Positions 9,562 through 18,917 of a stretch of 20,000 nt of DNA are shown here, piece after piece; position 1 is the stretch's first letter, and each line of letters starts with the position of its first letter. Source of the DNA: an uncultured virus (IMG/VR IMGVR_UViG_2061766007_000442). Its lineage: Duplodnaviria; Heunggongvirae; Uroviricota; Caudoviricetes. The notes under the pieces are model-generated. The model did not search any database. It had not been told where the DNA came from and saw only the letters and a list, made by a program, of their open reading frames with translations. Made by a program: the position numbers and the translations under genes. Where the stretch lies: IMG/VR virus record IMGVR_UViG_2061766007_000442, one strand, 5' to 3'.

Positions 9562-9834
9562 TTATGATTGAAAATCTGTTAATGCAGCTTGTGTAATTTC
9601 AGAATTATCAGTTGAGGCTGTAATAACCTTTTGTGTGGTAGATGAACTGACATGCGCGCTATCAACGTAAGCCTCAGCAGCCGCATAAATCGCAGCGGAC
9701 AGGACGCCGCATATAATACCAACCATTACAATCTTGCTATCAGATACCGCTAGACCAGAAATACTAGTAGCAATTGAAGCAAGAAAAGCTGCAACTGAAA
9801 TCCAAAATTTACGACTTGTTAATTTACTACTCAC
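9562..9834 (-). CDS. Holin-like membrane protein, 90 aa
   Basis: KLTSRKFW start and two hydrophobic helices; lies directly upstream of the endolysin; GTG start overlaps the upstream gene. Confidence 0.75.
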   Translation of the reverse strand: MSSKLTSRKFWISVAAFLASIATSISGLAVSDSKIVMVGIICGVLSAAIYAAAEAYVDSAHVSSSTTQKVITASTDNSEITQAALTDFQS

Positions 9835-10096
9835 TATCCTCTAACTCCTCTTCTGTCTCCGACATTTCTATATCCTCAACGATTTCGTTGTTATCTTTTG
9901 GACGATATTTTGCTTTACCGATTTTATATAAAGCAAATGTGAGCAATTCACCGCCAAATATTGCCATAAATGCAGTTCAAGCACTATCACTAAATTGTTC
10001 ATATCCATGAATAATATTATATTCAGTTACACCAAAAATAATAAAAGTTGCAACTAATATAAACAATAAAATAATATCGCCTTTATTTATTTGCAT
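9827..10096 (-). CDS. Two-TM lysis-cassette membrane protein with acidic tail, copy A, 89 aa (TGA=Trp)
   Basis: MQINKGDIILLFILVATFIIFGV...SDSA-W-TAFMAIFGGELLTFALYKIG...EEELEDSE-TAG. TGA at 9977-9979. Confidence 0.75.
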
Positions 10097-10099
10097 AAT

Positions 10100-10298
10100 T
10101 TACCCTTCTTGTATAGTTTGTGTAAAAGGTCCTGGATAACCATTTGGAAAATCTAAAGTANNNNNNNNNNNNNNNNNNNNNNNNNNNNNNNAAAGTTTTA
10201 TTTGCATCATAATAAACATTCATTTGTATTTTTGTATTATTTTCTAATAACTCTCCAATATAAATACCATAACCAATAGCGTCTCTACCACTACCTGT
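10100..10298 (-). CDS. 3' fragment of an unidentified gene between gaps (possibly the C-terminus of an alternative tail-fibre gene)
   Basis: TGSGRDAIGYGIYIGELLENNTKIQMNVYYDANKT-[gap]-TLDFPNGYPGPFTQTIQEG-TAA, ending 3 nt before the copy A TM gene. Confidence 0.4.
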
Positions 10299-10308
10299 NN
10301 NNNNNNNN

Positions 10309-11448
10309 GGTAACAGCTTTAACCAAATCACGATATGCGTAATTTACGTCAACATTACCAGAAACACCGGGTACTTTACCCTTACTAGAATATTGTCAAA
10401 TATCTGTATTGACTACTGTAGGTTTAGTTTGCGGCTTACCTGTGTTTGTACCGTACTTAGCAATTCATTTAGTATAACGATTACCAACTACAGATTGTAA
10501 ATTGGCTTTCCATCAACTTTCTGAAGCATAAATACCTGCCCAGAAACCAGCTTTTTCCATAGCATCGCAGAATTTTTTAGCATATTTACCAGCAACTTTT
10601 TCTGTACCAGGTTCTTCACTATCGAAATAAACGGGATAGCTTAATTTGCGACCTCTAAGTAGACGCTTAGCATGAGCAATTTCAGAATTAATTTGTTTAT
10701 CATTCTTAGCATAGCTATATAAATAAACGCCATAAGGAATACCTAAACGCTCACACTCTTTATAGTTGCGCACTCATTGGGCATCATCTTGAGAAGGTAT
10801 ATTATCACCATACCCACAACGAAGAATTGCATGATAACCAGCTTTTTTAACTTGTACCCAGTCAATTTTACCATTATGTTTACTAACATCAATAATTTTA
10901 GCAACAACTTTTGTACCAGCTGTAGAAGTTGTCGTTTTGGTGGGTGTTGTAGTCTTAGCGGGTGTTGTGGTTGTTTTACTATCTAATTTACCATTATAGT
11001 GAATAATATTTTTCCAAGGATAATTGTAGTAACCGTGGACATAGGCTTCACGACCTGTTTGATCACCAACTTTTCCACCATATGCTCCACCTTTTTCATT
11101 AATTGAAAATTCAGAGAGAACATCTGGCTTCTGAGTTTGGCACATTGCAACATGCGCTCCAGCCTTAAGATATAAGTCACCAGGTTCAGCTAAGAAACTC
11201 ATTGGCTTAGCAACAAATAATCCACTTTTAACAAATACCGATTCAATATTACCTGTATAAGTAGCACCATCTAAAGCTTTAGCATATTTTGTGTTAGCTA
11301 AAGCAGCTTTTCATGCGGCAATAACACTACTACTGCAATCATAATCGCCAACTTTAACTTTCCATTTTACGCCATCTGTAGTACCCTCTAGATAACCCTT
11401 ACCAGTTTGACCTTGACGGGCATTGGCGCTCATGGTATAGCCGAAGCG
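10309..11448 (-). CDS. Modular endolysin, copy B: NlpC/P60/CHAP-like Cys peptidase + Thr/Pro linker + GH25 muramidase (TGA=Trp; both ends in gaps)
   Basis: DYDCSSSV..PGDLYL..HVAM peptidase; KTTTTPAKTTTPTKTTT linker; GH25 IIDVSKHNGKIDW, GVYLYSYA, VYFDSEE, W-IAKY, DI-W-QYSSKG and VDVN. Single frame with TGA at 11311, 10774, 10513, 10465 and 10396. Confidence 0.9.
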
Positions 11449-11981
11449 NNNNNNNNNNNNNNNNNNNNNNNNNNNNNNNNNNNNNNNNNNNNNNNNNNNN
11501 NNNNNNNNNNNNNNNNNNNNNNNNNNNNNNNNNNNNNNNNNNNNNNNNNNNNNNNNNNNNNNNNNNNNNNNNNNNNNNNNNNNNNNNNNNNNNNNNNNNN
11601 NNNNNNNNNNNNNNNNNNNNNNNNNNNNNNNNNNNNNNNNNNNNNNNNNNNNNNNNNNNNNNNNNNNNNNNNNNNNNNNNNNNNNNNNNNNNNNNNNNNN
11701 NNNNNNNNNNNNNNNNNNNNNNNNNNNNNNNNNNNNNNNNNNNNNNNNNNNNNNNNNNNNNNNNNNNNNNNNNNNNNNNNNNNNNNNNNNNNNNNNNNNN
11801 NNNNNNNNNNNNNNNNNNNNNNNNNNNNNNNNNNNNNNNNNNNNNNNNNNNNNNNNNNNNNNNNNNNNNNNNNNNNNNNNNNNNNNNNNNNNNNNNNNNN
11901 NNNNNNNNNNNNNNNNNNNNNNNNNNNNNNNNNNNNNNNNNNNNNNNNNNNNNNNNNNNNNNNNNNNNNNNNNNNNNNNNN

Positions 11982-12158
11982 AATTTTATATAAAGCAAAT
12001 GTAAGTAATTCACCACCAAATATTGCCATAAAAGCTGTTCATGCACTATCACTAAATTGTTCGTAGCCGTGAATAATATTATACTCTGTAACACCGAATA
12101 TAATAAAAGTAGCAATTAAAATAAAAAGTAAAATAATATCACCTTTATTAATTTGCAT
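11982..12158 (-). CDS. Two-TM lysis-cassette membrane protein, copy B (3' end in gap; TGA=Trp)
   Basis: 58/59 aa identical to copy A over the visible part; TGA conserved at 12039-12041; SD GAAAGGA. Confidence 0.75.
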
Positions 12159-12186
12159 AAATTTCCTTTCTTGCTTTACTTAGTTA

Positions 12187-14415
12187 TTATATTGATTTGA
12201 CTCAAATAGATGAATGTGGAATTAATAATGTAACTGGTGTATTAGCCTGAATATCTGTAGTCATGCCACCGTAATACTCTATTTTTCCTTTAATATTATA
12301 TAAATTTGTACTATAAATATAATCCATACCTGCTTCTCTAAGATTATTAACGGTATCTGATAATACTAATAAATTATTATTTCATAAATTTTTAGTAGTA
12401 TTAAAAACATAACTATAAGAATTGCCGTTATATAATTTAAGTGTATCTTGTGTATTTCACATTTGATTTGTAATTTGATGATATACTCTAGAGAAATGAT
12501 AAATATTATTACTATTATTATTATATGCTTCCATACTATATGTATATGGTCCTCCATAAGCATCATCTGAATTTAATGTTAATGATAATTCTGCACCCAT
12601 TGCTGGTTGAGAATAAGACGATCCATAAGGAGGTTTAATAGTAAATATACCAAATACACTCAGTATAGAAAAACCTATCATACAAGTACTCTGATTTGGC
12701 AAACTTATGTCGCAAGGAATTGTAAATTGTGTACCAGTAAATTTTTCTTCCAAAGTTAACATATATATATTAGTTAAATTTTCTCAATCTGTTGCTCTGC
12801 TATAGTTATAAAACTCATGCAAAGAAGCAGTAGCTATAATATTACATTCTAATATATTAGTAAAAGGACTTACTTTTCCAGACTTATCAACATTGACATT
12901 AACACTTGCTGTATTCGTAACATTATAATTTCCATTACTTGTAATTGTCATAGTGCCACTAGGTATAACATAATTGGTAGGAATAGGATTAACTATAACA
13001 GTTTCTAAACCATCATAATTACTATCTGCACTAATAGTTTGTGTAATTGTGCTTGGGGTTATTGTTTTAGATTGAAGATTAGGAATCACAGAACCTGAAG
13101 ATGCAGGTTCAACTATAATATTTTGTATAAAAGTATTTGGATCTGTAATTGTAATAACTTGTGTCGTTGTGGAAGGAGTACAAGTTATAGTACATAAATC
13201 TTGATACCCAATAATTGTTGGAATATCATTAATTTGACCTGGACTTATTGTTTCAAAATAACTACGTGCTATTAATTTATCTTGCTCACTATCACCTGAT
13301 TCTGGAAAACTAAAAATAGTCTGAGGATCAGATAATGTTGCTGGTGTTATTGCTGCTAAAGTTATAGAACCAGTTGTTAAACATTTACCTGATACTATTG
13401 TTTGAGCACTAGTAGTAGCAGCAAAAATGCCACCCGCGGCAGTTGGAATTTGAGAAAAAGTAGTTATAGTACCAGATGGAATATACCCTTCTTCGGCAGT
13501 TATTGTTGCTAAAATTTTACCGGTATTACTATTTATTGAAATATCAGGTATAACAGAACCGGTAGGAACATTTATTGTTGCATAGTCTGTTACATCAATA
13601 TTACCACTACTTGTAATTGTCATCGTAGCAGTAGGGCGAACCATATAATTTGTAGGGATAGCATTAACTGTAATAGTTGAAAAACCTCAATATTCTTGAG
13701 GCGCAACAATAGTCTGATTGTCTATTTGAGGTTGTACGATTGTGGTAGTTAATTTATTTTGTATATCAGTATTAGATATAGCTTTAATAGTTACATTTAC
13801 TTTCTCTAATCCATCATAATTCATTGTAGGAACAATTGTTTTTGTTTGTGCTATAAGAGATGGAGTATAAGTAACTGTATGTATTTCTAAATTAGGAGAT
13901 ACATTAACATTTACAGCTGCATAAGTTGTAACATTAATATTATTACCATTATCTGTAATAGACATTGTACCATTAGTTAATTGTGCAGCACTAACAGTTA
14001 CAGAAGAACCTGTTATTGTATTATTTTCAATATATCCTGCGCAATTTGTAACCTTTGGAGTTATTGTAATACTATTATCAATTATTTCTCCTATATTAGC
14101 AACAGGAGTGCCACTTATACCTGTTGGTATTGCTTGCACTGTTACAGATGATAAAGCATCAAAATTAATATCAGGTTCTATTGTTTGTGTTTCAAGAGTC
14201 GGTATAATAGTTTTAGATTGAAATTTTAAATTTTCTGGTAAAACATTAATATCTACATTGGCATATTCTGTAACATTTGTTATTCCATTAGAATCAATTT
14301 CAATAGTACCCGTAGGTACTATATAAGTATATGTTGATTCGCCATCAACTGCGGAGACAGTAATACCTTCAATATTACTATATGTTTGTCCAAAAACATT
14401 AATATCTAAACTCAT
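12187..14415 (-). CDS. Repeat-rich tail fibre / virion accessory protein, 742 aa (TGA=Trp)
   Basis: Three ORF-track pieces are one frame joined by TGA at 13687, 12784, 12457, 12382 and 12202; ends TAA TAA; SD AAGGAG. About four copies of a unit like LQSKTITPST.TQTI.AD.NYDGLE.V.V..IP....P.GTMTITSNG..NVT..A.VNVNV. Confidence 0.75.
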
Positions 14416-14458
14416 TTTGTCTCCTTATTATGAATCTTTAACATATAATTTTATATTT

Positions 14459-16129
14459 TTATAATGCTTTAATAATTTTATTTACTGTTGCATACGGTTG
14501 CATGTTATTATGCGCGTTTCCATTTGCATCCGTGGGATTGCCTGTCGTAGTGGCATTAGCGGTCCCAATTCCATGAGTGTGTCCACCACCTCCACCTGTA
14601 TTCACAACTCTCGTACCAGAAGCAGCATATTTCCCACTCTCTGTCATGAATGCCCAACCGGTTGAGGTTCCTGAACTGTTACGTTCATTTACGCTATGCT
14701 TGTGCGATGGTATTTCGGAAGTGGTTAGCGTATGGCTATCAGTGCTAGTTTTCGATTTCGCATATGTGTGGCTATGGTTCTTTGTAGCAGTTTCTGATGG
14801 GGTAAGAGTATGTGTCTCCGCGCCACCTGTCGAGCCAAGCGTATGGGCAGTTGCATCCGATGCCGTACCGGTACCAGAGCCAATGGCTGTACGCCCGCAT
14901 AAATTAGGTAAATTAAAAGTAGTTGAACCGTCACCATCGCCTCATGGCAAATTATCATTTTCATCTTTTAATATCTCAAATAAATCTGCATAAGTTGTAC
15001 GAGATACTGCGGAACCATCACAAATTAAATATCCTGTTGGTGGAGTAAAACCAGCAAAATCTAATATAGTACCGATAGGTACAAATGAATTGGAAAAACT
15101 ACTGGTTGGATGAAGAGTTCCTAATATATTTCAATCCGTACCATTATATGATCTAGCTAAAGTAGCAGATGTTAATTTAGTTTTATTATCATCCATATGT
15201 ACAGCAAAACTATATGTTACTGATTGTGTTTGTTGACCATATGGAAGTGCTTCTTCTCCATATCAGTTAACTCACATTTGGTCATCAGTATCACTAAAAT
15301 TCATTCTTTTGTCAATATATTCTTTGTTAACTGCATCTGCATCAACGGTTGGAGTTACTACATTATGTATATATGTTCCATTATTCGGACTTTCAATCAC
15401 AACAGAACTGGATGGATTATTAGCTGTAATATTTATTGATGTTGGACTTACACTGATAGTGTTATAAGTATTATTTTGTACATCATTATTATATAAACTA
15501 ATAACTCGTCCACTTTGATCTAATGCAGTTCTATATGCGTAATAATTATTATCATCAAAATAATGTGCATAAGAATATAAACCATCATCATAAAGTAAAT
15601 CATTAGTAGCATAGGTTTGTGGATTAGTAGTTGTAGCTGTTGCACCAATTAAATATATTGTAGATGATGTTGTAGTAGCACCCGCAGTATTTTTTGTATC
15701 TGTATCTGTACCACTAATAGTAATAGTATCTGTTGAAGAATTTGCAGTAACAGTAACACTACCTGTTCCAGTAATAGTTAAAGTATCTTGAACTAAATCT
15801 GCAACTGCGGTTACACCACCTGCACTTACTTTACCAAAAGCATTATAATTAAGACTATTTAAAGCAATAGTAGCTGTGGACATTAGCGAAGCGCCGCTAT
15901 CATTTTGTTTCATTAAATTTAATTGTAAATTTGATCCAGAAACAGATAATACAGGGGTCATTTTTTTTCAATAACCATCACTTCAAAGAATTTTTGTGGT
16001 TTCACCAGCTACAGGAGAAGGAACAAGACCATGTTCTCCGCCAGTAGCAGTTTTAGCACCTACAAAATCTCCATTTAGAATATAGGTATCATCACCATAT
16101 GTAAATTTATCTATAACATGCTCTGCCAT
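14459..16129 (-). CDS. Tail fibre protein with phage tail-collar domain, 556 aa (TGA=Trp)
   Basis: GLVPSPVAGETTKIL-W-SDGY-W; collar PIGTILDFAGFTPPTGYLICDGSAVSRTTYADLF..P-W-GDGDGSTTFNLPNL; HxH motifs; end AHNNMQPYATVNKIIKA. TGA at 15983, 15968, 15272, 15263, 15131 and 14942. Confidence 0.9.
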
Positions 16130-16143
16130 AACCTATATTCTCC

Positions 16144-18118
16144 TTAACTTAATCCATGTGTATGACCATTGTCTGTAATAGTATGAGACTTACCGGTCAC
16201 TACTGTTGTTGTACTAGTATTTTTAATTGGCACTGTTGTCGCGGCAGTTGCTTTAATAGGAACTGTTACATCTGAATTACTTTGAACTGCTGTGACAGTA
16301 AGTGCGGTTCCAAGAGTAGGTGGAGTGTGTACGTGTGAAAAAGCAATATTTAATTGCTTGGTGTCAGTTGTATCCATAGTCATAGTTAAACTAGCACTAC
16401 CACTACCTGCGGCGGTTACATTTGGAATTGAAACTGCAGTAGTTGTAATTTTACTTGCAGTTGTAGTAGATGCTTGAACGCCAGTGACAGATGTTGTTGA
16501 AGATTGAACCCCTGTAATAGTTGTTGTAGTGTGATCTGCGATAGAAATTCCTGTGGTATTAGTGGCTGCTGCGGTTGGTATATTTAAATCAGAACGAGAA
16601 AATATAGTAGTCATAGTACCTTGTTTAGACATTTTCAATGCTTCGGAAACACTATTCCATTGCAAAGTACTATAACCACCATAAGCATAACCCCAGTTTG
16701 TAATATCACTCGCGGTTATGCCTGCCGCGACCGAAGTTGCAAAAATTGGGTCTGTTTCAGTGTATGTAGTTAATACTGTACCTAAATCTACCACACCACT
16801 TGTTGGTGTTTTAGTTGTATTGTTAATCTTAACACTTGTTACCGTACCAATATTGGTAGTGTATCCACTATCATTTGTTAAATGAGAAACTTTAGTAGGA
16901 ACATTAAAATTAGCTGCTCCATTGGTAACAGTAATTTCAGTATGTGCGCCAGCGGTAGTTTTAACTTGTGTAATAGTACCGCCACCTAAACTACCTATAT
17001 CTGCTAAAGTAGCAAATTGACTAGTATCTACACCAGTTCATAATTTAATACCATCACCATCATATCAATAAACGGGATGAATATCATAAAGTTCAATATT
17101 TGTAGCTGAATAAGCCATACCAAGGAAAATATATATTTTTCCATCATTAGTATTTGGTAAAGATTGTACATATCCTTCCATTGTCGCGCTACCATCCGCG
17201 GCAGGCATACATTTTACATATACTGGAGCAGGATATGTTAATGTTAAAGCTGCACCAGTTGTATTAAAACTATATCCAAGGGCAAGAGCATATCTTGACC
17301 AACAAACAGTGGCACCAACATTTGAACCTGCGTTGACGTTGGTTGTGCCACTCATATAAACAATACGTCCAAATGGATCAATAGCATTAGGATTAACAGT
17401 TTTTTTGGAAGTTGCTGNNNNNNNNNNGATACATCCAAATGGATCAATAGCATTAGGATTAACAGTTTTTTTGGAAGTTGCTGAATTATCATAAGTAGTA
17501 TTAGCAGGCACTCATTTAGTATGATCTGCGCTGGTAAAAAGTAAACGATAATAACGCGTACGTGTAATGGTTGGCATTGCTGTTGAATTAGTTCTTAATT
17601 GATAACCAATAGTATTATTATCAGAATTATAACCTCTATAACAAATTCAACAACCACCTTCAACTATATCAGATTCAACATAAGTTAACAACATTGTATA
17701 ATTAATATTAAAAATTGTAGTATCACGAGTAGGTGCAGTTGGTGTTACATCATTACCTGTNNNNNNNNNNCTCAACTATGTCAGATTCAACATAAGTTAA
17801 CAACATTGTATAATTAATATTGAAAATTGTAGTATCACGAGTAGGTGCAGTTGGTGTTACATCATTACCTGTAGCCATATTATTATAAACAGGCTTTGCG
17901 CCAAGACCATTAATATTAATAGTAAATCCTGATGCAGATGTAACAACACCATTACGAAGCATGATAGTTGTTCCGTCTATTAATGTTGTTAGATTTGGTA
18001 TAGTTGCAGTATATGCTGTAGAAGTAGATGTACTATCTACTTCTCCATAAAATATTGCGCTTGCTTGAATATCATGTGGAGTCTCACCGACTTGAATTTG
18101 ATTAATAATATTAGCCAT
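16144..18118 (-). CDS. Tail fibre-like protein (TGA=Trp; crosses two 10-N scaffold joins with duplicated flanks)
   Basis: TININGLGAKPVY, VPTKVSHLTNDSGY, ETDP and terminal GHTH motifs typical of phage fibres. TGA at 17647, 17512, 17065 and 17038. SD AAGGAG. Confidence 0.75.
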
Positions 18119-18128
18119 GCAAAACTCC

Positions 18129-18179
18129 TTATAAATCTCTATTATAGGAGCTTTGTCCTATTTGAAAATTAAAAATCAT
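18129..18179 (-). CDS. Possible 16-aa leader peptide MIFNFQIGQSSYNRDL
   Basis: SD AAGGAG at 18196-18191, ATG 18179; the stop TAA overlaps the SD (TAAGGAG) of the next gene. Confidence 0.3.
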   Translation of the reverse strand: MIFNFQIGQSSYNRDL

Positions 18180-18212
18180 AGTTACATCAGCTCCTTCGAT
18201 ATTTTATATTTA

Positions 18213-18917
18213 CTAATCATAAATGTTTTGAGATATAATAATTTTTTGCTGATCTCAAGTATTTAAACTAGGGTAAGACGGTCTAAATCAAGTAACATTT
18301 TCTAAACAATATTGTAATTGAATATTAAGAACATTGTCATCAATCATTATAAGTCTTAATAGTATTCCCGACGTAGCTGCATATGGTGCATCTCCAAATG
18401 TTATATCAAGATTACTTCTTGATACTGGAGTAAGAATATACACATTATCTTCATTAAATTTTATATTCAAGTAATCGCCATTATATATTGTATTAAACAT
18501 AGTATTATCAGGAGTAGTAAATACATTACTATCAGCATCATGCGCTGTAAATGTATATAAACCTGTCGTATTATCATAAGATTCCATATAAAAAGGACTA
18601 ATAGTTCACATATTTTCATTTACAATAGTTAAACTATTAATAAAATCTTCTAAATAGGTTAATGTTTCAGATGTATTAGTTTTTATTCTGATGGCATCTG
18701 CAATACTTTGCAACTCTTCGCTGGTCGTTCAATATATATTATTAAAATCTTTTGGTCAATTTGCTGGAATATTGTCAGTATGAACGCCAGATAAATGATT
18801 AATAGCACTCACAAAACCATTTGGATAAGTTAGGAGTGCGGAAGTATTACCCTCCGCACGAATAGCATCTGCTAAATATTGTAATTGCGTATCTGTAACT
18901 CAATATTTTACAGTCAT
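18213..18917 (-). CDS. Tail-associated protein with two N-terminal 'ADAIR' repeats, 234 aa (TGA=Trp)
   Basis: Y-W-VTDTQLQYLADAIRAEGNTSALLTYPNGF and Y-W-TTSEELQSIADAIRIKTNTSETLTYLEDF. Six TGA (18900, 18756, 18729, 18606, 18288, 18255) and no TGG. TAATG coupling to the upstream gene; ends TAG TAA. Confidence 0.75.

Larger units (their letters stand above)
9397..12158 (-). repeat. Apparent tandem duplication of the lysis cassette (9397-10096 versus 11359-12158)
   Basis: 9397-9486 aligns to 11359-11448 and 9920-10096 aligns to 11982-12158 (22 differences in 177 nt). The two long N gaps each correspond to sequence present in the other copy. Confidence 0.8.

Noticed and set aside
8714..12115. Long ORF-track entries made mostly of X (8714-9433, 8803-9429, 11399-12115, 11407-12066)
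   Set aside because: These are artefacts of translating N gaps.
9397..12158. Diversity-generating retroelement TR/VR pair
   Set aside because: Differences between the copies are synonymous third-position changes, not adenine-specific, and no reverse transcriptase is visible in the window.
4947..18917. Interpreting the many short ORFs as pseudogenes of a decaying prophage
   Set aside because: Every interruption is TGA at Trp-compatible positions; there are no internal TAA/TAG stops and no frameshifts outside N gaps.
4947..18917. TGA as selenocysteine or glycine (code 25)
   Set aside because: The TGAs do not replace catalytic Cys (CxxxCxxC and DCSS are intact) or conserved Gly. They align with Trp motifs and are too numerous for Sec insertion.
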